From the NCBI GenBank assembly GCA_965204375.1, contig OZ241986.1:4640001-4704000 (forward strand): 64,000 bases of DNA, read 5' to 3'. The translations under genes were made by a program, and so were the position numbers. Below, piece after piece: positions 19,284 through 28,447 of this stretch (position 1 is its first letter; every line of letters begins with the position of its first letter). The stretch is from Candidatus Latescibacterota bacterium. Lineage in GTDB: Bacteria > Latescibacterota > UBA2968. The notes under the pieces are model-generated. The model ran no database searches. It was not told the DNA's origin and was given only the letters and a program-made list of their open reading frames with translations.

Positions 19284-19877
19284 CTATGATTTTGTCAGCT
19301 TTCGAAAGTGAATTACCCGCTCCATCGCAGTAAAATTTCCCAACAGAGCAATTGCCCAGACCACAACGATCAGACCAATATCCCCAATCAAAGGCACGAT
19401 CACCCCGCCAGCGCCGATGGCAATAACGCGTTCGGGCCGCTGCATAAATCCAACTTTGCACTCTGCCCCAAGACCCTCAATGCGCGCGCGCACATAACTC
19501 ACCATCAGAGATCCTGCCAGTGCAAAAAAGACTGCCGAGCTTGTCCAGAGATCATCAGCCCGTATAAAACTGATCGCAATGCCAAACCAGATGAAAATTT
19601 CGGAATATCGATCAACAGTGGAATCGAGAAGCGCACCAAATTTGGACTCTGTCTTGCCTTTGCGCGCCACCTGCCCGTCGAGGAAATCAAAAACGCCCGC
19701 AACAAGCACCGTCAACCCGGCCCACATATACAATCCAAAGCCAAAGAGCACTGCGGCACCTATATTGAAAACAAACCCGATCATGGTCAACAAATCGGGC
19801 GTAAAGCGCTTTTCTACGAGAAATTCTGTAGATGGTGCCAAAATCTCGGCGACATCATCTTTAACTTTTTCAATCAC
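19284..19877 (-). CDS. CDP-alcohol phosphatidyltransferase (PgsA/PIP synthase-like)
   Basis: DFLDGQVAR...FGALLDSTVDRYSE, SYVRARIE, RPER. Start uncertain (GTG at 19877 assumed). Confidence 0.85.
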   Translation of the reverse strand: MIEKVKDDVAEILAPSTEFLVEKRFTPDLLTMIGFVFNIGAAVLFGFGLYMWAGLTVLVAGVFDFLDGQVARKGKTESKFGALLDSTVDRYSEIFIWFGIAISFIRADDLWTSSAVFFALAGSLMVSYVRARIEGLGAECKVGFMQRPERVIAIGAGGVIVPLIGDIGLIVVVWAIALLGNFTAMERVIHFRKLTKS

Positions 19878-20020
19878 TGTAAACCCACAGAGAGTGAAGT
19901 TTCTGTTTGAATTTTCTAATGCTATAACAAATCCAAATATAGGCCAATTCTGTAGGTGTTGCAAGCGAAATATCCCTTCAAAACAGATGAAAAAACAACC
20001 TGAACAGCCTGCTTTTCAGC

Positions 20021-20147
20021 GGTGGAAAACCCGAGAGATAATGTGGAAAAGTGTGTGGATAACTTTTGACAAGTCGCGTAAATTTAGTACTTTTATTCAA
20101 TAAAATCAACTACTTAAATTGTTGATAATATTATCCACTTTTCCACA
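20021..20147. promoter_or_regulatory. DnaA-box cluster with IHF consensus site, distant from oriC
   Basis: TGTGGATAA 20054-62 (perfect); TGTGGAAAA 20042; TGTTGATAA 20120; TTATCCACT 20131; TTTTCCACA 20139; AATCAActacTTA 20104-20116. Confidence 0.7.
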
Positions 20148-20190
20148 CTCAATGCGATACGCCTTTGATTGCCTATCTCTCCACATCTGT

Positions 20191-20880
20191 CTATCGAAAC
20201 ACATCTATGCGCTTGATCACCACGGGTTTTAGAGGTCGATCCCCCGGCGCGGTTTCGACCATTGCAATACGATCAACCACATCCATTCCCTTTGTCACTT
20301 CTCCAAAAGCAGTATATTGATTGTCCAAATTGGGTGAAGACCCATGCATAATAAAAAATTGTGACCCGGCACCAGCCGACACATCTGAAATGCGTGCCAT
20401 AGAAAGAATACCCGGTACATGTTTTATGTCATTAAATTCATGAGGGATATGCACGAGCGGTCCCCCCATTCCATCATCAGACGGATCATCGTCCTTTGAA
20501 TTGGGATCGCCCCCTTGAATCATGAAATTTTTAATTACGCGATGAAACTTGGTATTATCGTAAAATCCGCTTTCTGCTCTGGTGATAAAAGCCAAACAAT
20601 GAACAGGTGCTTTTTCGGGATGGAACTTCAATTCGATATCGCCCATATTTGTCGCGATACGCGCCTTCACGCCCCGAATCTGATTTACCAGAAATAGCAT
20701 TCGGCCGCCGATTTCGCCCGCTCGCTTAATCTGATTTTGCGCCTTGTTCAAGGAGCTTTTCAACGATCGATTCTCATTGTTCAACTTCTCATTGGCTTGT
20801 TTTAAATCTTCCATTCCGCTACCTCCACAGCTCGCTATCGAAAGACATAATCCCAAAAAAACAAATCGTTTCATAGACAT
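20191..20880 (-). CDS. Cyclophilin-type peptidyl-prolyl isomerase, lipoprotein
   Basis: Lipobox IASC; FHRVIKNFMIQGGDP, LSMAR, GSQFFI. Confidence 0.9.
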   Translation of the reverse strand: MSMKRFVFLGLCLSIASCGGSGMEDLKQANEKLNNENRSLKSSLNKAQNQIKRAGEIGGRMLFLVNQIRGVKARIATNMGDIELKFHPEKAPVHCLAFITRAESGFYDNTKFHRVIKNFMIQGGDPNSKDDDPSDDGMGGPLVHIPHEFNDIKHVPGILSMARISDVSAGAGSQFFIMHGSSPNLDNQYTAFGEVTKGMDVVDRIAMVETAPGDRPLKPVVIKRIDVFR

Positions 20881-21067
20881 TTCTCCTTACAAAAATAATA
20901 CCCCCCAAATCTCCCTTGACAGTGGTTCTTCTCCACGCTTTATTGTTCGCGCTATGATGATACAGGCGCAACACAACGCCGGTCAATCTCATTGCGCCTA
21001 TCCGCGGGGCTGAAACACCGCCGCGCAGAACAACATAAACCTCCACATTCCCAAGGACAACATCATT

Positions 21068-21928
21068 ATGCGACTCGTTACATTTACGCACCAGGGACAG
21101 TGTCGGCTCGGTGCCCGATCAGGCAATTCAATCATTGACCTCAGTGCTGCCGATCCCTCAATTCCATCCACCATGAAAGAATTTCTCGAAGCGGGCAATA
21201 ATGCCATTTCCAGGGCTCAAGCAGCGATTGATAGAGGAACGCCTGCTATTTCTGAAACCGATGTCACCATTCAGGCGCCCATCGACAATCCAGAAAAAAT
21301 CATTTGCATAGGTCTCAACTACGCCGATCATGCCGCCGAGAGCGGTATGCCCATTCCCGACGAACCCATTGTCTTTTCCAAATATGCATCATCCATTATT
21401 GGCCCCGATGAGAATATCGTGGCTCCCAGCGCGAGTTCCCAGGTTGACTACGAAGTCGAGCTTGTCGTCGTTATTGGCAAACGCGGTCGCAACATCTCGG
21501 AAGAAAATGCCCTCGACCACGTTGCAGGCTACATGGTTGGACACGACGTGAGTGCTCGTGATTACCAACTCGAAAAGCCAGGTGCACAATGGATGATGGG
21601 CAAGACCTTTGACACATTTGCTCCAATAGGACCTGACCTGGTCACAACCGCCGATGTGCCCGATCCTCACAACCTGGGCATTCGTTGCATTCTCAATGGC
21701 GAAACAGTACAGGATTCCAATACTTCTCAACTGATTTTCGGCGTACCCAAACTCATTGCTTATCTCGCACATGTATTCACGCTCGCCCCCGGAGATTTGA
21801 TTTTTACCGGCACACCTCCCGGTGTGGGTATGGGACGCGAGCCACAACTCTGGCTCAAACACGGCGACCATGTGGTATGTGAAATTGATGGGTTAGGACG
21901 ACTCGAAAATCCAGTTATTGCAGATTGA
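21068..21928 (+). CDS. Fumarylacetoacetate hydrolase family protein
   Basis: KIICIGLNYADH, DYEVEL, DVSARD, GKTFDTF, IFTGTPPGVG. Confidence 0.9.
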   Translation: MRLVTFTHQGQCRLGARSGNSIIDLSAADPSIPSTMKEFLEAGNNAISRAQAAIDRGTPAISETDVTIQAPIDNPEKIICIGLNYADHAAESGMPIPDEPIVFSKYASSIIGPDENIVAPSASSQVDYEVELVVVIGKRGRNISEENALDHVAGYMVGHDVSARDYQLEKPGAQWMMGKTFDTFAPIGPDLVTTADVPDPHNLGIRCILNGETVQDSNTSQLIFGVPKLIAYLAHVFTLAPGDLIFTGTPPGVGMGREPQLWLKHGDHVVCEIDGLGRLENPVIAD

Positions 21929-21968
21929 GATATCCCAGGGTAGGGGACCCGGTGTTTGGGGAAGAATA

Positions 21969-22319
21969 TTAAACGGAGGGCAAACGGCTCCGCAATTCTG
22001 CCAATTCGCGTTCGAGATGATCTAATCTGAGTGAAACTTCACGCTCGTGCAAGAACCGATCGGCGGTACCCATACCATCGTGTATGATCGAAAGCCTGCG
22101 CTTGAGCTGTTCGCAGATGTGGCCAATTTCTGATATATCGGCCTCGACCTGAGTCTGGCGTGTGCTTATTTTGCGAATCTCATCCTGTACATTCTGGATG
22201 TCAGATCGAATATCTACAAATTGCTTGGCGACCATTTGAGCGAAATTTTCTTGCGAAGACTCAATAGCATCGCGAACGGCTTCTCGAATAAGGTCGAGTT
22301 CGCCAGCATCAAGGGCCAT
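21969..22319 (-). CDS. Hypothetical coiled-coil protein (~116 aa)
   Basis: MALDAGELD start with AGGA upstream; heptad pattern throughout. Confidence 0.55.
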   Translation of the reverse strand: MALDAGELDLIREAVRDAIESSQENFAQMVAKQFVDIRSDIQNVQDEIRKISTRQTQVEADISEIGHICEQLKRRLSIIHDGMGTADRFLHEREVSLRLDHLERELAELRSRLPSV

Positions 22320-22374
22320 GGGCGAATTCCTGAAAAAGGCAGACGGAGTCCGAAAAAATAGCAATACTTAAACG

Positions 22375-22610
22375 AAAAAAAGGAGGAGAAGGTGGGGAAA
22401 TGGGGAGGATAAGCCTGACGATCTGGGGAGAAAGGGGAATCAGAGCAAGATCGGTTTATCCTCCCCACCCAATAAAGAGAGACTTGAATCCAGGAGAATT
22501 AGGGATTAAACTGAATCTCGTTTCTCTTTATTTTTCAGGACTTTAAGTCCTTCACACACACAAACAAGTGTGTGTGTGTTGCGTTCTGTATGGGGAGATC
22601 CAGAACGCAA
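22375..22610 (-). ncRNA. Putative structured ncRNA / long leader with five hairpins
   Basis: Adjacent inverted repeats at 22579-22610, 22553-22578, 22537-22551, 22471-22532 and 22401-22466. Begins about 7 nt after a near-consensus -10 and ends in a U-run. Confidence 0.55.
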
Positions 22611-22617
22611 TTACCCA

Positions 22618-22646
22618 AATATACACTCTCAAGTTTGTGTTGTCAA
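22618..22646 (-). promoter_or_regulatory. Sigma70-type promoter for the structured RNA / coiled-coil gene
   Basis: TTGACA-17 nt-TATATT on the minus strand. Confidence 0.7.
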
Positions 22647-22676
22647 GAGTAAATATTTTCATTTAACCTGCCTGTT

Positions 22677-22720
22677 TATCAAGGATTTAGCTTGCCACGC
22701 GGCACTTTTCAATTCATATT
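22677..22720 (+). promoter_or_regulatory. IHF consensus site and promoter of the XRE gene
   Basis: TATCAAggatTTA 22677-89; TTGCCA-17-CATATT 22692-22720. Confidence 0.45.
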
Positions 22721-22764
22721 AGGACATCAAATTTTTAAACGCGACTGACCATTGGGAGACGTGC

Positions 22765-23268
22765 ATGAGGTTTGGTGAAATCATTAAACGAGCCCGTAAT
22801 GGGCGATTTAGCCAGCAGGCTTTGGGCGAAACTATTGGGGTGTGGGGCACTTATATCTATCAAATAGAAAAAGGCGAACGCATACCATCCGACGACGTGT
22901 GTGCGTATCTTGCAAAAGCACTCGACCTCGACCCTCAAAGGCTTCTTTTTTTAGCATATAAAGAACGCGCACAAAAAACGCCCGAAGGCCGAAGACTTTT
23001 TTCTCAGATGGAAAAGCTGATGACAGACCCGGTCATCAGCCAGATAATTGTAAACTCCAAAATGCTCGATGCAGGTATTGTCAAAGCACTTCAGAGTCCC
23101 GATATTCGCAAGGTGCTCAAGAACAAACAGTGGTGCGAAGCCCTGAACGCGAGTGCTTCAACTACAGACCGGGATATTCCCGAACTCATTAAGATCGTCA
23201 CCCAGATTCCCCCCCAACAATGGCAAGCATTGCTCAGTACAGCAAAAGCTTTTGCTGGCATAACCTGA
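22765..23268 (+). CDS. XRE family helix-turn-helix transcriptional regulator
   Basis: FGEIIKRAR..FSQQALGETIGV...YIYQIEKGERIPS...LAKALD; RBS GGAG. Confidence 0.85.
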   Translation: MRFGEIIKRARNGRFSQQALGETIGVWGTYIYQIEKGERIPSDDVCAYLAKALDLDPQRLLFLAYKERAQKTPEGRRLFSQMEKLMTDPVISQIIVNSKMLDAGIVKALQSPDIRKVLKNKQWCEALNASASTTDRDIPELIKIVTQIPPQQWQALLSTAKAFAGIT

Positions 23269-23299
23269 TCTGTATTAATAAATCGCATTAAAATGAGAG

Positions 23300-23334
23300 A
23301 AAGCCCGCTTCTCGCGTTGAGAGACGGGCTTTTT
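23300..23334 (+). terminator. Intrinsic terminator
   Basis: AAAGCCCG...CGGGCTTTTT. Confidence 0.7.
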
Positions 23335-23397
23335 GCTGGGGGGTATGACCTGTAATAGTAAAGAATTCGTTAATTTAATCTTTTATTTGCTAACTAA

Positions 23398-23413
23398 TGT
23401 TCCACGTGGAACG
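23398..23413. other. parS site
   Basis: TGTTCCACGTGGAACG, 15/16 match to TGTTNCACGTGNAACA. Confidence 0.85.
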
Positions 23414-23556
23414 GGGTATGAAGGCGAGTGAGCGGGGTATAGATGGCCTCTCTCAGGCCAGTTTATTCGAGCATGACTGGTCGGTGAATGAGCCTGAGGA
23501 ACAGCTCATTGTACATCATCCTCAGACCAGTTCAGCGATGTAATATTCGGACCAAT

Positions 23557-24195
23557 TCAACATCTTTTAAGAAAGACAAAGGAGCGCTCTCGTCGTGAAA
23601 ACGGTAATCTCAAAGAGGTTTCAGCGGCATAAATGTGGTCTGGAACACCGGTTGTAAACTCACGGAGAGAACCTGGACCTTTCATTGCAATAAGTACACC
23701 GGGGGGGGCGAGAAGAGGTTCAACCCAATTCCAGAGTTGAGGAAGCCGTGCAACTGCGCGCGCTGTACCAATTAGAAATTTACCCGAGAACGAGGAATCC
23801 CCAACAAGTGTCTCAGCGCGACTTCTAATAGCGAAGGTGTCTTGAAGGTCAAGCGCTGTGATAGTTTCCTTGAGAAAAAGGGTTTTCATGCGGGCGGGTT
23901 CGAGGAGATAAACTTCGAGGTCGGACCTCATAATCTTGATCACAATACCCGGCAGACCAGCTCCGGAACCCAAATCAAGGAGAGGGCCATCTATTGGAAG
24001 GTGCGGTACCAGCGAAAGACAATCGAGAATATGACGTTCCCATATAAAATTGCGGTCATTGCGGGAGACCAATCGAACGCGAGCCGACCAATCGGTAAGC
24101 AAATCGACGTATTGAACGAGCAACGCGACCTGTTCATGGGAAAGTGAAAGATCAAAGGACTTCTCCGCAAGCTCAATTGCTTCATCGGGTTGCAT
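23557..24195 (-). CDS. rsmG: 16S rRNA (guanine(527)-N7)-methyltransferase
   Basis: RHILDCL, LDLGSGAGLPGI, ARAVA, MKG; oriC-region context. Confidence 0.92.
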   Translation of the reverse strand: MQPDEAIELAEKSFDLSLSHEQVALLVQYVDLLTDWSARVRLVSRNDRNFIWERHILDCLSLVPHLPIDGPLLDLGSGAGLPGIVIKIMRSDLEVYLLEPARMKTLFLKETITALDLQDTFAIRSRAETLVGDSSFSGKFLIGTARAVARLPQLWNWVEPLLAPPGVLIAMKGPGSLREFTTGVPDHIYAAETSLRLPFSRRERSFVFLKRC

Positions 24196-24274
24196 TGTAT
24201 ACCTTTAGAAGAGGGAGTAAGAAGTAATACGCAAGAGGTGAGTACACAGCCCAACGCACCAGCCCCTCTTTACA

Positions 24275-24290
24275 TGTTTCACGTGAAACA
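24275..24290. other. parS site
   Basis: Perfect TGTTTCACGTGAAACA. Confidence 0.92.
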
Positions 24291-24325
24291 GGGTACAACT
24301 GGTCGCTGTCCAGACCAATTCAACA

Positions 24326-25672
24326 CTATTTGCCTATGCAAAAGGTTTTGAAGATTCGATCGAGAACATCATCCGGGGTAGTCTCCCCAATAATCGCGGC
24401 AAGCGCGTCCAGTGCAACGCGGAGATCCATGGCAATAATTTCCCCCGGATTGCCGAATTCAAGGCTTTGCAGTGCCTGGGAGAGTCCCGTTGAAGCCTGT
24501 TGAAGTGCGAGAACATGCCGTTCTTTAGTAACGATTTCTTCGGGCAGGTCGCTCTTTCCCAGGAGAGTCTCACGAAGGCGATCCCGCAAAGAGGAGACAC
24601 CATCGCCTGTTTTGGCTGAAAGAACGATCTGGGGATGGAGAGACTGAATGCTTTGCCAACCGGTATGAATATTCAAATCGCTCTTATTGAGAACGAGAAA
24701 CGCGTGATCATAACGACTGATGTGGTCCAGATCCGCGCAAGACGGGGGAAGCGATCCATCCACAATATAGAGAACAATGGTTGCGCGTTCTATGAATCGT
24801 TGAGACCGACGCGTACCCTCTCTTTCCACCGGGTCGTCAGTATCGCGAATACCAGCAGTGTCAACCAGTGTAACAGTAATTCCATCGAGATCAATTTGCT
24901 CTTCAATCGTGTCTCGCGTTGTACCGGGAATATCTGTAACAATCGCACGGTCTTCTTCAAGGAGCCGGTTAAGAAGGCTGGATTTTCCCACATTGGGTTG
25001 ACCGGCAAGGGTGATGACAGCACCTTCACGAATAATTTTTCCACGGTCATACGAAAGAATGAGATCTTCAATATGCTCTAAAGCCTGCGAGAGCGGTGGC
25101 TTAATCATCTCGAAATCTATCTCTACATCCTCGGAAAAGTCTAAATTAGCTTCAAGAAGCATGGCTGCCTGACGAATAGACTCTGCCATTTTTACGAAAC
25201 GGCGATGAAGCCCACCGCGGAGTTGAAAAAAAGCAGATTGGAGGCTTAGATCGGATTTCGCGGTGATCATATCAGAAACTGCTTCGGCCTGTGAGAGGTC
25301 CATTTTACCGTTGAGAAAAGCTCGTCTGGTAAATTCTCCAGGTCCAGCCGGTCGAGCACCTTCTCGAAAAACGGCTTCCATAATCCGTCTGAGGAGAAAT
25401 GGTCCCCCGTGGCAGTTAAATTCAACTGTATCTTCACCGGTAAAGGAATTGGGAGCACGCATGACCGAGATCAGGACCTTGTCAAAATCTCGGCCATGAA
25501 TGTAGAGATGTCCAAAAGAAAGTTGGCGAGAAGGAAGGCGGCTGAGGGGGGTTTTGCTTCTGAAGAAACGTTCTCCAATTGAGATGGCATCGGATCCGCT
25601 GAGTCTAATGATGCCAATTGCACCTTCACCTGGCGCAGTGGCGATTGCCGCGATGGTGTCATTGTCGGACAT
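24326..25672 (-). CDS. mnmE: tRNA modification GTPase MnmE
   Basis: DTIAAIAT, GEFTRRAFLNGK, GQPNVGKSS, GTTRD, C-terminal FCIGK. Confidence 0.97.
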   Translation of the reverse strand: MSDNDTIAAIATAPGEGAIGIIRLSGSDAISIGERFFRSKTPLSRLPSRQLSFGHLYIHGRDFDKVLISVMRAPNSFTGEDTVEFNCHGGPFLLRRIMEAVFREGARPAGPGEFTRRAFLNGKMDLSQAEAVSDMITAKSDLSLQSAFFQLRGGLHRRFVKMAESIRQAAMLLEANLDFSEDVEIDFEMIKPPLSQALEHIEDLILSYDRGKIIREGAVITLAGQPNVGKSSLLNRLLEEDRAIVTDIPGTTRDTIEEQIDLDGITVTLVDTAGIRDTDDPVEREGTRRSQRFIERATIVLYIVDGSLPPSCADLDHISRYDHAFLVLNKSDLNIHTGWQSIQSLHPQIVLSAKTGDGVSSLRDRLRETLLGKSDLPEEIVTKERHVLALQQASTGLSQALQSLEFGNPGEIIAMDLRVALDALAAIIGETTPDDVLDRIFKTFCIGK

Positions 25673-25685
25673 AGAAATAAACCAA

Positions 25686-27389
25686 TCAGGACGTGCCCAA
25701 CATCGATTTGGTTTTTTCCATGATGATCTGCTGGGCGAGGGTCAACACATTGTAGAGTGTATAGTAAAAGACGAGGCCAGAAGACATACCCCAAAAAATA
25801 TAGGTGAGAAAGACCGGCATGAGATAAACGAGAATAGCCTGTTTGGGATCCTTCATCATCATCTTTTGCTGAATAAACATCGACACGCCCATTAGAAGGG
25901 GCAAGAGGTGCAGGTCAAAACCACCAATGGGGATGGTGTCTGGTTGGGAAAGGTCGGTGATCCAAAAGGCGAACCCTGCTTGTCTCAGTTCAATAGTACC
26001 GCGGAACAAAGAAAAGAGAGAAAATAGTATGGGCATCTGCAAGAGCATCGGTAGGCACCCACCGAGGGGATTGATTTTCTCCTCCCGGTAGAGCCTCATC
26101 ATGGCCTCGTTCATTTTCTTTTGATCGCTGGAATAACGCTCGCGGAGTTCGGCAATTTTGGGTTGGAGAGTCTGCATCTTGGCAGTAGATTCAAGACTCT
26201 TGTGCGTGAGTGGGAAGACAACGACTTTGACGAGAATAGAAAAAAGAATTATGACCACGCCGTAATTTGGAACCAGAGCGTGCATGGCGAGGAAGGCTTT
26301 GAGAATTAAAATTGTAACTGGCTTGAGAATGGAGCGAACAAAATAAGGACCGTAATCGACAAAGTCATCGAGGTCCAATTCTCGTTCAAGCCCATCGAGG
26401 TCGCGGTTTTGTGCACGCAAAATGTCATAAGAAATTGGACCAATGTATGCGGAGTAATTGATAATATTAAGTCCAGAATCAGCATACAGATCAAAAGCAA
26501 AATCGCGATAAGAAAAGCCAAAGGGATCAGTCTTATTATCACCGTATAGCGCGAGGTCATAACGACCTTCGTGGGGGATAACCGCGGCGAGAAAGTATTT
26601 ATTTCTTACGCCAATCCAGGTCAGTTGGCCGCTCGGGGGTGTCTCTTTCTCCTGAAGGCGGTCCGTATCCCATGTTTCAACTTCCCCTCCCATGTAGGTG
26701 ACGATTTGTTCGTAAACACCTTCGTAAAAACTCTCTGAAGTCCCGCGCTTATTTTCTGTGTCAGCAAGACTTCCATCCCATGATATCGCCAATTTATCAT
26801 CTCGAGTAAGACCCTCTGCTATGACGGAAACGTGAATGCGGTATCGATTGCCCTGAAATCGGAAACGTTTCTCGACCAGTCCACGCGGAGATTGAGCGCG
26901 AAATACGATCAGGTCTTGTGTATCACCATAAATTTCGAGACGGTCTCGATCAGGAGTAAATTCGAGACCATTGAGAGATTCACGCCCAACAGTAGCACCG
27001 AGTCCAGCACCGTTGGATGGGATCAATTCCAGCCAATTGCCATTGAGATCAAAATAGCTCTTGAGTTGCCAACTGGTAATTACGCCACCGCGCGTGGATA
27101 TGACAGCGCGGTAGAGTTCCGCATCTATGACAATATCACGAGCCTGGAAGGTCGATGTGGTGGCTGGACTTTTATCCTGTACAGGAGGTTGTTGGGTTTT
27201 GGGTTGTTGTGTGGGTTGAGGTTCGGGATGTGTATCAGTAATCTGCGGTGGATCAATCTGTCGAGGGGCGGTTTTTTTTACAGGATCTGGCGACTGAGGT
27301 TCGTCACCTTGAAAGAATTGCATGTAATACGGCATCAGTATCAATATCAGGCCGATTAACGCAAACGCAATTACTGTACGTCTATCCAT
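25686..27389 (-). CDS. yidC: Membrane protein insertase YidC
   Basis: NYGVVII, LQPKI, INPLGGCLPMLLQMP, WITDLS.PD. Confidence 0.95.
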   Translation of the reverse strand: MDRRTVIAFALIGLILILMPYYMQFFQGDEPQSPDPVKKTAPRQIDPPQITDTHPEPQPTQQPKTQQPPVQDKSPATTSTFQARDIVIDAELYRAVISTRGGVITSWQLKSYFDLNGNWLELIPSNGAGLGATVGRESLNGLEFTPDRDRLEIYGDTQDLIVFRAQSPRGLVEKRFRFQGNRYRIHVSVIAEGLTRDDKLAISWDGSLADTENKRGTSESFYEGVYEQIVTYMGGEVETWDTDRLQEKETPPSGQLTWIGVRNKYFLAAVIPHEGRYDLALYGDNKTDPFGFSYRDFAFDLYADSGLNIINYSAYIGPISYDILRAQNRDLDGLERELDLDDFVDYGPYFVRSILKPVTILILKAFLAMHALVPNYGVVIILFSILVKVVVFPLTHKSLESTAKMQTLQPKIAELRERYSSDQKKMNEAMMRLYREEKINPLGGCLPMLLQMPILFSLFSLFRGTIELRQAGFAFWITDLSQPDTIPIGGFDLHLLPLLMGVSMFIQQKMMMKDPKQAILVYLMPVFLTYIFWGMSSGLVFYYTLYNVLTLAQQIIMEKTKSMLGTS

Positions 27390-27442
27390 AAATTCAGTCT
27401 TTCTGCACAGAAAATAATAAAGGAAGGGATTGCAAAAACGGA

Positions 27443-27772
27443 TCAGGAGTCGATAAGACCGAGCTTTTGAAATGCGAGGTGTAGTTCAAGGCGGAGTTCA
27501 GTATAAGAGACACCGCAGGCGTGATCTCCTATGGAGATAAGTAGCAGACGGTGAGGATGGCCTAAAGGTATTAGTTCGGAACATACTGCACGTACTTGCC
27601 GGCGGATGCGATTGCGCCGAACGGCGTTTCCAAATTTTTTCCGAATTGAAATGAGCGTTAGATCCATCTCGGAAGTACCAATCCGAACATGAACCCAACG
27701 CCCACGAAAGATCTGGCCGTGCTGTCGAATTTTCGCAATCTCGCTTCGAATGCGTAGGTTGGGTGTTCCCAT
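27443..27772 (-). CDS. rnpA: Ribonuclease P protein component
   Basis: KKFGNAVRRNRIRR (RNR motif); lies between rpmH and yidC. Start uncertain. Confidence 0.85.
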   Translation of the reverse strand: MGTPNLRIRSEIAKIRQHGQIFRGRWVHVRIGTSEMDLTLISIRKKFGNAVRRNRIRRQVRAVCSELIPLGHPHRLLLISIGDHACGVSYTELRLELHLAFQKLGLIDS

Positions 27773-27786
27773 AACACACCTACATA

Positions 27787-27921
27787 TCAATGCGATAGCT
27801 GCTTGCGACCCTTTCGGCGCCGTCGATTCAGCACATGGCGACCACCAGGAGAACTCATGCGAGCGCGAAAACCATGTTTATTTTTGCGCTTGCGATTATG
27901 TGGTTGAAACGTGCGTTTCAT
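27787..27921 (-). CDS. rpmH: 50S ribosomal protein L34 (not in ORF track)
   Basis: Hand translation [44 protein letters not shown]. Confidence 0.97.
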   Translation of the reverse strand: MKRTFQPHNRKRKNKHGFRARMSSPGGRHVLNRRRRKGRKQLSH

Positions 27922-27976
27922 CAAACCACCTCGTATCTACAAAAATTTCAATTATCTATATCGACAAAGATTTTGG

Positions 27977-28005
27977 AATATAGAGGTGCATACGTCCTTT
28001 GTCAA
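27977..28005 (-). promoter_or_regulatory. rpmH promoter
   Basis: TTGACA-17-TATATT on the minus strand. Confidence 0.65.
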
Positions 28006-28041
28006 GCTATTTCCCTTTGACTGGAGGGTCCTGTGACTATA

Positions 28042-28086
28042 CTACTATATATGGTGTACATTTTTTTTGTACACCATATCTTGACT
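28042..28086. promoter_or_regulatory. Tandem NrdR-box-like sites upstream of dnaA
   Basis: CTACTATATATGGTGT (28042) and ACACCATATCTTGACT (28071) vs consensus acaCwAtATaTwGtgt. Confidence 0.5.
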
Positions 28087-28447
28087 ATTTACTATTATTT
28101 TACTATTTTTCAAATGTTTACTAATATTTTCCTTTGATAAAACCCTCTTGACATCGCTTATTTCATTGCTTAGTTTTCGATTAGCTTTCAGAATCTTTTG
28201 AAATCCACTTTTGAAGTGGATTCCCCCACCGTGGTCTGCTGTTAAAAATAACCGAAGTATTTCGATTTCAAAGTTTCAGAATACTTTCAATTTTCCTTCC
28301 TCCAATTGAGAGTCCCCCATTTCCTGAAGCGAAATCAGGCCTCCCTGATATTCGGATTTCTCAGACAACGGTTTCCAGCACGTAAAGTATCCTATTGATA
28401 TTCCCTTAGTTGGCGCGTGTTCGCCAGCCATAGACGGATATTGCCCT

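Noticed and set aside
20960-21040. Possible riboswitch upstream of the FAH gene
   Set aside because: Only short GC stems; no recognisable aptamer consensus or terminator.
22553-22578. (CA)n/(GT)n microsatellite as a phase-variation tract
   Set aside because: The two runs are complementary and better explained as a hairpin stem.
21969-23268. Prophage or retron interpretation of the XRE + structured RNA locus
   Set aside because: No integrase, phage structural genes or RT nearby; flanked by housekeeping genes.
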